From the NCBI GenBank assembly GCA_900543305.1, contig UQQZ01000001.1:4083-68082 (forward strand): a stretch of DNA of 64,000 bases, in the 5' to 3' direction. The DNA comes from an uncultured Oscillospiraceae bacterium. Its GTDB lineage: Bacteria; Bacillota; Clostridia; Oscillospirales; Acutalibacteraceae. The notes below the pieces were generated by a model that searched no databases, was not told the DNA's origin, and worked only from the letters and a program-made list of their open reading frames with translations. Positions within the stretch are counted from its first letter, which is position 1. Each line of letters opens with the position of its first letter. Positions 29,068-39,021 of this stretch are shown here, in pieces. A program made the position numbers and the translations under genes.

Positions 29068-30030
29068 TCACCGCCTAAGCTTCTTCTTCAAATTTCTCCA
29101 TTTTAATTGGAAATACTGTGGATAAATTAGCTTGTCTTTTGTATATCTATTAACTAATTCTTTTGTAATTTCACCCTCAAACGGCATTATCCTATTAGGA
29201 ATAACCAAAAAGGAATCACATTCTGCAATATCTTCAAGCTGAATATTTCTTTTTTGGAAATGAAAATAGCGAAACTCCTCTACCACTAAAGCATCAGCAT
29301 TATTCAGCGCATATCGGTATAATTTTCCATCATTCCAATAGAATATTTGCTTAATAATATTCTCTGTTTTTACACTCCTATTCCTTTTACTCGCGGAACC
29401 ATAGTCATATAATGATCTCCTAAATAAAAATGAATATGGATTTATATCCGCAATTTTATAATCAAAATATGTATTTATGCCACTTTTTTCAGCAATCAAA
29501 TTTATGTTTAACCCATCCGAAGATTCATCAAATATATGATTTTCTGCATCCGCTAATATCTTCCAATATGTTTCCGGAAAATCAACTTGCTTCATAAACA
29601 ATCTGTTCATCTCATAATTATTCTTGAATAAAGTCATATGTCCATGGACAAATAATTTATCATAACCGGCTTCAATTGGAATACATCTACTCAGATCTCC
29701 AAGCACAATATCAATGTCACAATATCCCCAATACAGATATTCTTTTATTTCATCTTCAAATATGTACCCATATGTTGGCTTGAAATCACATAATTTTCTT
29801 GGCGTTTTTAATCCTAAGGTGAATGAGAACTTTTTTTGAGCTTTTTCCACCAGCTCAGCAAAAGACATAAATACTATTTTGATGTTCTCAGATATAGATG
29901 TCACTGTATTATCGTCTGTAATTACCCAGAAATCATACTCCGAATTTGCTTTTGCGGTTTTTGACCACACAGAAAAATAATGTGGTAATTTCCCAAAATA
30001 CGGAATAAGAAAGACTGCTTTTTTCATCAC
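29068..30030 (-). CDS. Hypothetical cps-locus protein, possibly glycosyltransferase-like
   Basis: Long AT-rich ORF in operon context. The N-terminus KKAVFLIPYFGKLPHYFSVW recurs in polysaccharide loci. I cannot name the function. Confidence 0.55.
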   Translation of the reverse strand: MMKKAVFLIPYFGKLPHYFSVWSKTAKANSEYDFWVITDDNTVTSISENIKIVFMSFAELVEKAQKKFSFTLGLKTPRKLCDFKPTYGYIFEDEIKEYLYWGYCDIDIVLGDLSRCIPIEAGYDKLFVHGHMTLFKNNYEMNRLFMKQVDFPETYWKILADAENHIFDESSDGLNINLIAEKSGINTYFDYKIADINPYSFLFRRSLYDYGSASKRNRSVKTENIIKQIFYWNDGKLYRYALNNADALVVEEFRYFHFQKRNIQLEDIAECDSFLVIPNRIMPFEGEITKELVNRYTKDKLIYPQYFQLKWRNLKKKLRR

Positions 30031-30038
30031 TATACCTC

Positions 30039-31142
30039 TTATCGTAATGCACGTTTCAAATACACATACGATTCTTCTCTTTTTTCTTCCAATATCCCCG
30101 AAACTTTCACATAGTCAATATCTGACAATTCTTTATATTCCTCTCCAGAATACCTACGCAGATTTCTCTCTTGTAAATCAAACATTTGAAAAACACTATC
30201 GAACCTAGCATTATTTTCTGTTATTGGATAACTCAAAAATTGTTTTTCAAAGTTAATGGAAAAAATAGTTCCATGGAAGGAATTGGTAATCACATAAGCA
30301 GCGTTTAAGAATAATGAAACAAATCTTTCTGGAGTTACAAACTTTTCAATTACATCATCGTTGGAATACTTTTCAAATCCAACAGAAATCCTCCGTATTT
30401 TTAAGCCTTTCTTTTGTGCAATCTGGCGTGCAATATTCAAAATAGATTTTGCATTTCCAAAATAGTACACCAGTAAGTACGATTCTTCCTCGACCTGTCC
30501 ATGTGAAAAATATCTCCATTCTTCTTGTCCTAACAACAATGTTGGATCAAGTACACAGACTGGTCGATATCCAAGGTTTTTCAAGATCGGAATACTCGAA
30601 AGCTCACGAACAGAAATAAAACAGTAATCTTTCAAATATTCTTTTATTATTTTACCTTCTTTATCAGTCAAATCAGGTATACCAATACTAGAAGCATATG
30701 ATATTTTCTTTCCGGTCACCCCATCCAGAAAGTAAACCGGGTTAAAGCCGCCATTTGCTCTGGGATTCCATATTTGATCACTGCCAGAGCAATATATATC
30801 TGCCTTCGGAAAGTTCCATCTTTTCTCTTCGTCAAGCGTCACGGGTTCTGATAGCTTTAACCTTCTCTCCTGAAAATCCCTAAATAGTCTTGTTGTAATA
30901 TGTTTGGGATATAGTGTTTTAGCTAAATATGCAAGTTTAATAATTGGGTTTTTTTTAAATTTGTTGTTTATATTAAGTAAATAACCTTTTATAGTCTGAT
31001 TAGGCAATTTGTAATCAATTATTTCTACTTCATTTCCCATTTCTTCAAAATAATGTTGTAGCGCGTATGTCTGAAGAACGGCTCCATAATTTCTGGCAGC
31101 GTGCATAGTAATAATTGCAACCTTCATTTCTCCTGTCTCCAT
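30039..31142 (-). CDS. Polysaccharide pyruvyl transferase family protein
   Basis: MKVAIITMHAARNYGAVLQTYALQ is the typical N-terminus. The real start may be the ATG at 31127. Confidence 0.8.
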   Translation of the reverse strand: METGEMKVAIITMHAARNYGAVLQTYALQHYFEEMGNEVEIIDYKLPNQTIKGYLLNINNKFKKNPIIKLAYLAKTLYPKHITTRLFRDFQERRLKLSEPVTLDEEKRWNFPKADIYCSGSDQIWNPRANGGFNPVYFLDGVTGKKISYASSIGIPDLTDKEGKIIKEYLKDYCFISVRELSSIPILKNLGYRPVCVLDPTLLLGQEEWRYFSHGQVEEESYLLVYYFGNAKSILNIARQIAQKKGLKIRRISVGFEKYSNDDVIEKFVTPERFVSLFLNAAYVITNSFHGTIFSINFEKQFLSYPITENNARFDSVFQMFDLQERNLRRYSGEEYKELSDIDYVKVSGILEEKREESYVYLKRALR

Positions 31143-31784
31143 TTATTCTGTATGATCATTTAAATATTTATCAATATTTAAATAGCGGCTATATGATGTA
31201 ATATCGTTTTTAACATAGTCATCATGTTCAAATTCAGTAAACTGAATTGTACAATCAGTACCGTCAACAACATGAGCAACAAAACACAACTTATTTTTAA
31301 ACGAAAGTTTATCAAATGCCTTGATATGGTCCGCTGTTGCTCTATTCTGATCGTTAAATTTCACAATCAAATTATCCCAGTTCATTCTGGCTTTTCTACG
31401 GTTCCATTTTTCGTATGCCTCTTTTTCGCTTTTGTAATGCAAAAAGACGATCTCAACATCATCCAGTAATCCTATCGGGTAATATCTATCTCTTTCTGTA
31501 TAAAAATCATAATATTTTGATTTTTTTTTGGGAATGAATTTCAAATCCAGAGAAAGATAATATTCCAGATTTTGAACAAATTTCAAATACTCATCTGCAA
31601 AGAACGTTAAGCCGATGGTTGGGGACGTGTATGGAAGACCATATCGTTGATAGATTTTCCCTCCCCAACAATTATTGGAAATTATTGTAAAATTTTTATT
31701 CTTTAATAAAAAGCTCCGCCTATACCACTTTAAGAAATTATCAATCGTATGTTCTTTTATCCATTTTATTTGTCCTTTGACCAT
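31143..31784 (-). CDS. DUF1919-domain protein (EPS-locus associated)
   Basis: FTIISNNCWGGKIYQRYGLPYTSPTIGL motif. Trimmed to the ATG at 31784, with a GAGGAG SD. Confidence 0.7.
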   Translation of the reverse strand: MVKGQIKWIKEHTIDNFLKWYRRSFLLKNKNFTIISNNCWGGKIYQRYGLPYTSPTIGLTFFADEYLKFVQNLEYYLSLDLKFIPKKKSKYYDFYTERDRYYPIGLLDDVEIVFLHYKSEKEAYEKWNRRKARMNWDNLIVKFNDQNRATADHIKAFDKLSFKNKLCFVAHVVDGTDCTIQFTEFEHDDYVKNDITSYSRYLNIDKYLNDHTE

Positions 31785-31867
31785 AACTAAATCTCCTCGC
31801 ATTAAGGTTACCCTTTTCCCAGAAAACCTTTTTATTTTTCTCTTGACACATCGCCACATTTCTATCA

Positions 31868-33427
31868 TCAATGAATTTTTCTTTTTAATATCCGAAATAT
31901 GAGATTTTTCAATTCAAGAAAATCTCGTTTTCTTCCATATATAAGGAATATATATGATATTATGAAAATAGTAGAATACAATATTGTAATAAAGAAATAC
32001 AATACCGGGCTCAAGTTCAAAGCAATAACTTTAGAGCGAATAATGAAAAGAAGTCCTATTCCTAAAAAATCATATACTACATACCTAATAAATGTGAAAT
32101 AATACCTGAATGCTTTCTTATTAAACACTAATTCATATGTATACATAGAATCGATCCAAAATGTCGTCAATAACCTACTAATGCTTGTTGCTAGAACAAT
32201 GCCTGTTATTCCCATAATTTTTGCTAAAACAATAGACATGAACACATTAATAATTATTGTAAGTAATGGTCTGTACCTCCCTACTTTAAAAACACCACAA
32301 GCATCTTTAAAGGTATCAATTGGTATCATATATCCAGCAAGAATAAAGTCCATCACAAACACAAACACCGTGAGATCAGAAAAAATAAATTCTTCGCCTA
32401 ACCATAATGTGATAAAGGGATTCAGCATTTGAAATAACATCATGCCCCCTGCCCCATATAAAACAGAAGATGCCAAAAAAATTTTATCGAATATTCTTTC
32501 TCTTTTCTCACTCTCTGCGGACACATTTAGATTACCAACACTCGCGGTTAACGATGTAAATATTAAACCAATAAAACCTGTAACCGTTGAAATCAAAAGG
32601 TGATAATTTGAATATATTCCAACAATAGATACACCAATAAAGGCAGATATTATTATATTATCAGTTGAGTTCAGCATTACCGCACCCATTTTAAAAAGCG
32701 CAATACTGAAAACACTATTTCCAATGCTCTTCTTATCATCAACTGAAAGAGATTTACACTTAGAGGCCTTTATATAAGGATATTCTTTTTCAACAATTTT
32801 ATATACCCAATATTGTTGAGCATTCTGAGTCAAAAACTGAATTGCTAAATATAATATATAATTATGATAAAATAGCAACAGCACAATTTGAACACAATTT
32901 GTAATAAAATAACAAATTATATTTGTTTTCTCAATTTTATGTTTTTTTTGCGACGCAACCAATAAGACTTGCCTATAAGAAAACAACAAATAACTTGACG
33001 CAATATTTACGACATAAATTACATATGCGAAATATAAGTCGGTGGTCAAATGATAGTCTGAAACAATAATCTGTAAAAAAGGAAGGATTAGTAAACCTGT
33101 TCCCAGGATAACAAAACCTATTATCTTATAAACTCTCCGATAAAACTGAACTATTGATTTAATCTTTTCAATATTTTTTTCTGCAATCGGCTTATATAGT
33201 GTAAAAGTAACTGCCGTACCGATTCCTAGTTCGCTTAAAGCCAAATAGCTTAATATACTTGCATATACTCCGTTAATGCCAAGTATTTCTTTACCTAGCA
33301 CATATATAAATACTGTTCGAGATAAGAACGAAAAGATAATCTTTATCAACTGGCTGATTATGCTAAAATTTATATTTAGTATTGAGTTTTCTGTTCTTGA
33401 CTTCTCTGCCATAGCATTCCTCTTCAA
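31868..33427 (-). CDS. wzx: Wzx-type oligosaccharide flippase (MOP superfamily)
   Basis: 519 aa with about 12-14 hydrophobic helices. Position within the cps cassette supports the call. Confidence 0.75.
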   Translation of the reverse strand: MKRNAMAEKSRTENSILNINFSIISQLIKIIFSFLSRTVFIYVLGKEILGINGVYASILSYLALSELGIGTAVTFTLYKPIAEKNIEKIKSIVQFYRRVYKIIGFVILGTGLLILPFLQIIVSDYHLTTDLYFAYVIYVVNIASSYLLFSYRQVLLVASQKKHKIEKTNIICYFITNCVQIVLLLFYHNYILYLAIQFLTQNAQQYWVYKIVEKEYPYIKASKCKSLSVDDKKSIGNSVFSIALFKMGAVMLNSTDNIIISAFIGVSIVGIYSNYHLLISTVTGFIGLIFTSLTASVGNLNVSAESEKRERIFDKIFLASSVLYGAGGMMLFQMLNPFITLWLGEEFIFSDLTVFVFVMDFILAGYMIPIDTFKDACGVFKVGRYRPLLTIIINVFMSIVLAKIMGITGIVLATSISRLLTTFWIDSMYTYELVFNKKAFRYYFTFIRYVVYDFLGIGLLFIIRSKVIALNLSPVLYFFITILYSTIFIISYIFLIYGRKRDFLELKNLIFRILKRKIH

Positions 33428-34443
33428 GTTAAATTTGATTTTATTCTATATACAGCTTGCTTAGTTCGTCTTTTGATTATATAATTAGCAATACATATAC
33501 GGCTTCGTGACATTCTATCAAGCACAGAACTATTGCAATATTTTTTAATATACGCAGCTATATCTTTGCGATTCAGAAAATTAAAAATATTGTTGACGCA
33601 TTCTATTATTCCTATTTTTTGTTTAGTATACATATTTACACACTGCATAGGAAACCCTATCAAAAGGTCATGATAAAAAATTGACCAGTTAATTTCAGTT
33701 GTTCGACTAATCGTTCTCTTTAGTACATCTATAACACATTCCCATGATGTTATATCTTCAAGTTGACTACTTTTGGATAGTGAGTCTTTATGTATAAACT
33801 GATGATAAAGAACTGCTTCAATCAGTTCTATATTTTTACAGTGAGAAATATACTCCATACAAAAACATAAATCCTCCATCATCTTAATTGTTTCTGGAAA
33901 TTTAATATTACAATGTTCAATAATAGTTTTTTTGAAAAGCTTACATACAGGTCCTCTTGTTCCTGTATATTTAAAAAACGCATATGGATTTCTCTGCAGT
34001 TCCTCTTTTCGTACTATAGTGTGCTGGTACCGTTCCTTACCAATACACTCTACCTTGTCCTTCCCATCAGGAACTTCATCATAGAATCTGCCACAAAGAA
34101 TTAAATCTAAATCTGAATTCGCCTCTGCCGCTTTAATCATCTTCTCAAGATAATCAGATTCCCAATAGTCATCACAATCAAGGAATGTAATATATCTACC
34201 CTTTGCTACTGACAAACCTCTGTTTCTAGCGCATCCAGGTCCAGGTTTCATCTCCTGAAATAAGACAACTTTTTTTGTAAATTCAGCATATCTCTTACAA
34301 ATCGCATAGCTACGGTCATTTGAATTGTTGTCAATCAGCACAATTTCAAATTCCTGATAAGTTTGGTTTAGTAAAGACTCCATACAGCGTTCAATATATT
34401 TTTCTCCGTTATATATTGGTATTATTATTGAAATATTAACCAT
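33424..34443 (-). CDS. Family 2 glycosyltransferase
   Basis: ISIIIPIYNGEKYIERCMESLLNQTY ... DCDD (DxD). Confidence 0.85.
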   Translation of the reverse strand: MVNISIIIPIYNGEKYIERCMESLLNQTYQEFEIVLIDNNSNDRSYAICKRYAEFTKKVVLFQEMKPGPGCARNRGLSVAKGRYITFLDCDDYWESDYLEKMIKAAEANSDLDLILCGRFYDEVPDGKDKVECIGKERYQHTIVRKEELQRNPYAFFKYTGTRGPVCKLFKKTIIEHCNIKFPETIKMMEDLCFCMEYISHCKNIELIEAVLYHQFIHKDSLSKSSQLEDITSWECVIDVLKRTISRTTEINWSIFYHDLLIGFPMQCVNMYTKQKIGIIECVNNIFNFLNRKDIAAYIKKYCNSSVLDRMSRSRICIANYIIKRRTKQAVYRIKSNLT

Positions 34444-34456
34444 TTTTTATCACTCT

Positions 34457-35536
34457 TTATCGCCAAAAAGAATAACCATATGTACACAAACCATTGTGTG
34501 GGAATAGATACAACATTAGTGCAGTCAAAAGTAAAAAAATAACTCCTTTAAATAACCGTCTCTGATCTTCCACAATGGCATATTGCAATTCTGGCAATAG
34601 AAGTGTGAAAAATACGAAAAAATATCGTCCCTGACGGGCTGATGCTGAAACCGCTAGAGCAATTATAAAAAAGAAAGTCGTTAAAAACATCGCATCCACT
34701 AAACTCGGAAACAATGAGACGCTATTCGTCTCGCATGCATCTATTGTACTTTGCTTAATAATAGTATTGTAATAGGTAATGCTAAATAGCAATACAAGAG
34801 CAGCAATTAACATCCGGGAATAGGCTCCTGTTGAACCTACTTGATATGCATTAAAAAAACGATCCACTAAAATCTGTCCAATTTGATATCTGAAAATATA
34901 GGCAGAAAAAACCCCAACAATATATACCAATTTCTTTGCTGCTTGATTTTTTATCAGCTCCATTAAATATATAATCAAAAAAGCCCATGCAGATCTATGA
35001 AAAAAGCCTCCCCCTATAACTAATACAAGTGCAAAAATTTTTAAAATTTTTCTATCAGACTGAAATAAAATATACGACGAATATACAAAAAAATATGCTA
35101 CATTTTGTCTCATTCCTGTCATCGCAAAAAGGATAAATTCCATCGTGCTAAATGCATAGAATGACAAAACACAATCTTTCGAGTATTTATAAATAATTAT
35201 TCCAAGAGGAATAATCGAGATACAAGCACCTATAGTTAGAAAAATCCTTGGATCACTAGTTATTTTAGCTATAAAATAAGTATACCATCTAAAACCAATT
35301 TCATAAACGTTTCTGGTAAGAGCACTTTGTGGATTATTAACTACCGATCTAAAATAATTCACATAGTTCTGTGTATCATTGCCCACAGATTCTCCTCGAA
35401 GGGAAACAAAGAGTAATATCTGTAATGTATTTAAAATGCAAACATATTTTCTTCTTTTATCTATATCTTTTGTTACGGCGAATATTATTACATCTACCAA
35501 TATAATCAAAAAGGCATTTATATAAAATGGAATCAT
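34457..35536 (-). CDS. wzy: EpsG/Wzy-type polysaccharide polymerase
   Basis: 359-aa polytopic membrane protein with an EpsG-like layout, located between glycosyltransferase genes. Confidence 0.65.
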   Translation of the reverse strand: MIPFYINAFLIILVDVIIFAVTKDIDKRRKYVCILNTLQILLFVSLRGESVGNDTQNYVNYFRSVVNNPQSALTRNVYEIGFRWYTYFIAKITSDPRIFLTIGACISIIPLGIIIYKYSKDCVLSFYAFSTMEFILFAMTGMRQNVAYFFVYSSYILFQSDRKILKIFALVLVIGGGFFHRSAWAFLIIYLMELIKNQAAKKLVYIVGVFSAYIFRYQIGQILVDRFFNAYQVGSTGAYSRMLIAALVLLFSITYYNTIIKQSTIDACETNSVSLFPSLVDAMFLTTFFFIIALAVSASARQGRYFFVFFTLLLPELQYAIVEDQRRLFKGVIFLLLTALMLYLFPHNGLCTYGYSFWR

Positions 35537-36678
35537 TTGCCTCTCCTCTGAATTTCATTTACAAAAGCTTTAATATTCTGCTCCAACGAAAAGTTCTTTT
35601 GTGCAAACTCCATTCCACATCGTCCTAGTGGCTTTATAAGGGAATTATCATTAGCTAGCGCCCTCATTCTCTCTGCCATTTCACTAATATTGTGGACAAC
35701 ATACCCACCTGGCAAGAATTGTACAGAGCCACAATCTGTTGAAATAAACGGAATACCACATGCCATACCCTCTACAAGAACCATCGGGAACTTTTCCACT
35801 CTGCTGCTCAACACAATAGCAGTGGCATGTTTAAACTTTTCAATTGTCTCCTGCCGATCTATTCCCACAAGAAATTCCACATTTCTTTCGCCATGCTCAT
35901 TTCTTAACTTCTCATTTAGTTGAATCAGATATTCAAAATATGCATTCTTTTGAGAACCGATATAAACCATTTTCATCTCCGGACAATTTGACTGATAAAA
36001 AGCCCTCAAAGAATATTCTTGATTCTTATGTTCTGCATAGTTTGCAACTTGAAGAAAATAATTCTCATTGCATTCTGTACTTGCTGGTTCAAAGAATGCT
36101 CGTTCAGCAGCATTATGGATTACAATGTTTTGGGTGACTCCATGCTTTTCCATGTACTTCATTGAACTATCATTTTGATCTAAATGAACAATTAAATCAT
36201 AGGTTTTCGCATATCTATATAAATTGGCATAAAACTTTCTGCGTCGTGCATTATAGTATAATTTTGATACAATCCTGCCCGGAGAAGATTTGTCTTTTTG
36301 GCTCCAGCCAAACTCATAAATCCCATGCAAATACAATACTTTACAGCATTTGATTTCTCCTATATACGGCAAGAGCGCATCTGTCAATGCAGAATGCACA
36401 GACACATTAACTAGCACATCCACATTCTCACACATTTCCTTTAAATAGCAAACATACTTGTTTTGGTTACCTATGATACGATCTTTCTTTGTGTATAAAT
36501 CCCAATACTCTAATTTCACTCCATTATGCATCGGAAATTCCTGAATATTATTATTTCGAGAGATTATAACGGTTACGTCATGCCCATTTTTCACCAATTC
36601 CTCCGCCATACTTTGAGTTACCATCTGAACGCCGCCTACTATTGGGTAATATGACGCAACTGTAAATAAAAACTTCAT
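35533..36678 (-). CDS. Family 4 glycosyltransferase
   Basis: YYPIVGGVQMV N-terminus and a C-terminal EKFPMVLVEGMACGIPFIS (E..7E) motif. Confidence 0.8.
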   Translation of the reverse strand: MKFLFTVASYYPIVGGVQMVTQSMAEELVKNGHDVTVIISRNNNIQEFPMHNGVKLEYWDLYTKKDRIIGNQNKYVCYLKEMCENVDVLVNVSVHSALTDALLPYIGEIKCCKVLYLHGIYEFGWSQKDKSSPGRIVSKLYYNARRRKFYANLYRYAKTYDLIVHLDQNDSSMKYMEKHGVTQNIVIHNAAERAFFEPASTECNENYFLQVANYAEHKNQEYSLRAFYQSNCPEMKMVYIGSQKNAYFEYLIQLNEKLRNEHGERNVEFLVGIDRQETIEKFKHATAIVLSSRVEKFPMVLVEGMACGIPFISTDCGSVQFLPGGYVVHNISEMAERMRALANDNSLIKPLGRCGMEFAQKNFSLEQNIKAFVNEIQRRGK

Positions 36679-36683
36679 AAGTC

Positions 36684-37856
36684 CTACCTCAACTTATTTT
36701 CTTTCAGAACCATATCAAAAAATTTATTTCTTCTTGTATAAATCTCGTCTCTTTGATATTTTAATGCTGTATTGTAGTTTTTCTCCGCCTGAGCCAGTTG
36801 CATCTTTCTATCGCTCATGAAGCGTAATACATCTACCAGTTCATTAACCTTTTTCCGTGTAAAAATAGCATTATCATCAAGCAATTCCGGAATTCCTGCA
36901 GTTGTAGACCCAATAGCCGGACAAGCCCTGCTCATAGCCTCAATTAAAGCTCTCGGAAGCCCTTCTTGGTTACTTGGCTGAATGTAAATATCTAGTTGGT
37001 CAATCCACTCAAATACTTTTTCATGGGGAAGTGTTCCAACTATTTCAAAATCATCAGATACGCCATATTTTTTTGCCATACCTAATAAATAATCTGGCTT
37101 TCCTCCACCAATAACCTGATACTTAAACTTGAAACCTTCTTTCTTTAAAATAGACATAGCTTCCAATACATAGGCTTGACCTTTATATAAAACATCAATC
37201 GCTGCAGCAGTCCCTAAAACAAGCGGCTCGAAACAGTCTTTTTTTTGTATTTTTTCAATTCTTCTATCTAAATAACACCTATCCATTGGCATTAGCTCAA
37301 CATTAGAAGCTGGAATCCATTTTCCTTTTGTCGGATAACGTCTCTGTAAAAATTCATCGGTAACATAAATGACATATGGTGCTTTTTTTACTAACTTTTT
37401 TTGTTCGAGGAATTTATACAAGGCGATTATTTTACCTTTTGCATTGTAATTCCAATAAGAATCCCATGCACACCCAACACATTCTACAATGTACGGTTTT
37501 TGAATCCGATGACAGATACTCGCAGCAATCTTACCTGTTTCTCCAGAAAACCTACATACTACAAGATCGGCATCTGAGATTAGCTTTTCAAGTTTTCTCT
37601 TTACTGCATTTCTCTGTAGCAACAGTCCCTTGATTGACATATAATTATCTACATGTTCAATTTTATATTCCGAGGGAATCTGCATATATCTGTCACGGGA
37701 TTCACCCTCTTTAAAAGGGTATGTTCTAATGACAACTGTTATATCATCAGACATATATTTATATCTTGATAAAGAATACGGTGTTACCGCCGTTCCATAA
37801 TAGTTCCCATTTTTATCGAATTTTAGTGTTCCATCATGCACAAACAATAATTTCAT
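36684..37856 (-). CDS. Family 1/4 glycosyltransferase
   Basis: C-terminal NQEGLPRALIEAMSRACPAIGSTTAGIPELL motif. Confidence 0.8.
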   Translation of the reverse strand: MKLLFVHDGTLKFDKNGNYYGTAVTPYSLSRYKYMSDDITVVIRTYPFKEGESRDRYMQIPSEYKIEHVDNYMSIKGLLLQRNAVKRKLEKLISDADLVVCRFSGETGKIAASICHRIQKPYIVECVGCAWDSYWNYNAKGKIIALYKFLEQKKLVKKAPYVIYVTDEFLQRRYPTKGKWIPASNVELMPMDRCYLDRRIEKIQKKDCFEPLVLGTAAAIDVLYKGQAYVLEAMSILKKEGFKFKYQVIGGGKPDYLLGMAKKYGVSDDFEIVGTLPHEKVFEWIDQLDIYIQPSNQEGLPRALIEAMSRACPAIGSTTAGIPELLDDNAIFTRKKVNELVDVLRFMSDRKMQLAQAEKNYNTALKYQRDEIYTRRNKFFDMVLKENKLR

Positions 37857-39010
37857 TTTCTTCCCTCAATTAATTTCTCATAATCTGCTCTCTGGTTTTC
37901 AAGCATAATCCGGCGATCATAATATTGTTTTGTTCTTTCATATGCCGCCTGACCAATTTTCTGTGAGTATTCCTTATCCGTAATTAGCTTTTTCATAGCA
38001 GACTCCAATTCAGAAACATCTTTTGGTTCTACCAGTAAGCAGGAAATTCCATCTTCCATCACTTCAGAGGCTCCAGGAATTTTTGTTGTAATCATTGCAA
38101 TTCCAAGTGCACCAGCTTCCTGAAGCACCATTCCAAACCCCTCTCTGTATGTCGGATGAACCAGCACATCCATTGCCGAATAGTATTCATTCATCTTTGA
38201 GCCATCAACCATTCCGGTCATAACAACCTGCTCTGATTTTCTCGCCCAATCTAACAACTCAACCGGAACACCGCAACTATCTTCCATAGGACCAACAATC
38301 AGCAGCTTCGCATCAGGCACAGATTCCGAAATTCTCTGAAAAGCTGTCAGCAATTCTGTGCATCCCTTATCTGCCGAAACACGCCCAGCAAAGCCATATA
38401 CAAATGCTTCATCAGAAATACCGCATTGCTTACGAATTGCTGAACGATATTCTGGCTTTTTTAAAATATTATACCGTTTCATATCGACACCAATCGTGCC
38501 GCCATTTCCTACAACAACAGCTTTTTCTTCTGGATAAAGCCCATCTGATACTGCAAACGCCTTGTTCATTGGACTAACAGCCCGGATATCTGTTGAATTT
38601 CTGCATACTAATTTCTCAATGGCTTTAAAAATTTTTCGGGATATTCCACTCATTCCTACATAACGGATACCCCACTGACAATACAGTCTGATAGGCACCT
38701 TTGCTATTTTAGCTGCAATACTTGCATAGCAAGCGGCATTCGGAGTAGAATACTGCACCATATCAAACTTCTGCTCTTTGAAGATTTGCATAAACTGCTT
38801 AATAGATTTAAGTGCAAACAGATCAATCCCTCTTGCCATATGCACAGGAATAAAATGCAGGTATTCCGGCAATGATTTTTCAAATTTTTCATCCTCATTA
38901 CAAATCAAAGTAATGTCATATCCGCAGTTTTCATGTAAATATTTTGCAGTTTCAACCACAAATGTTTTCATCGTGATTGAAACCGTTGTACAAATACAAA
39001 TCTTCTTCAT
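37853..39010 (-). CDS. Family 4 glycosyltransferase
   Basis: REGFGMVLQEAGALGIAMITTKIPGASEV motif. Its stop and start overlap those of the neighbouring genes. Confidence 0.8.
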   Translation of the reverse strand: MKKICICTTVSITMKTFVVETAKYLHENCGYDITLICNEDEKFEKSLPEYLHFIPVHMARGIDLFALKSIKQFMQIFKEQKFDMVQYSTPNAACYASIAAKIAKVPIRLYCQWGIRYVGMSGISRKIFKAIEKLVCRNSTDIRAVSPMNKAFAVSDGLYPEEKAVVVGNGGTIGVDMKRYNILKKPEYRSAIRKQCGISDEAFVYGFAGRVSADKGCTELLTAFQRISESVPDAKLLIVGPMEDSCGVPVELLDWARKSEQVVMTGMVDGSKMNEYYSAMDVLVHPTYREGFGMVLQEAGALGIAMITTKIPGASEVMEDGISCLLVEPKDVSELESAMKKLITDKEYSQKIGQAAYERTKQYYDRRIMLENQRADYEKLIEGRK

Positions 39011-39021
39011 TCTTTCAATCC

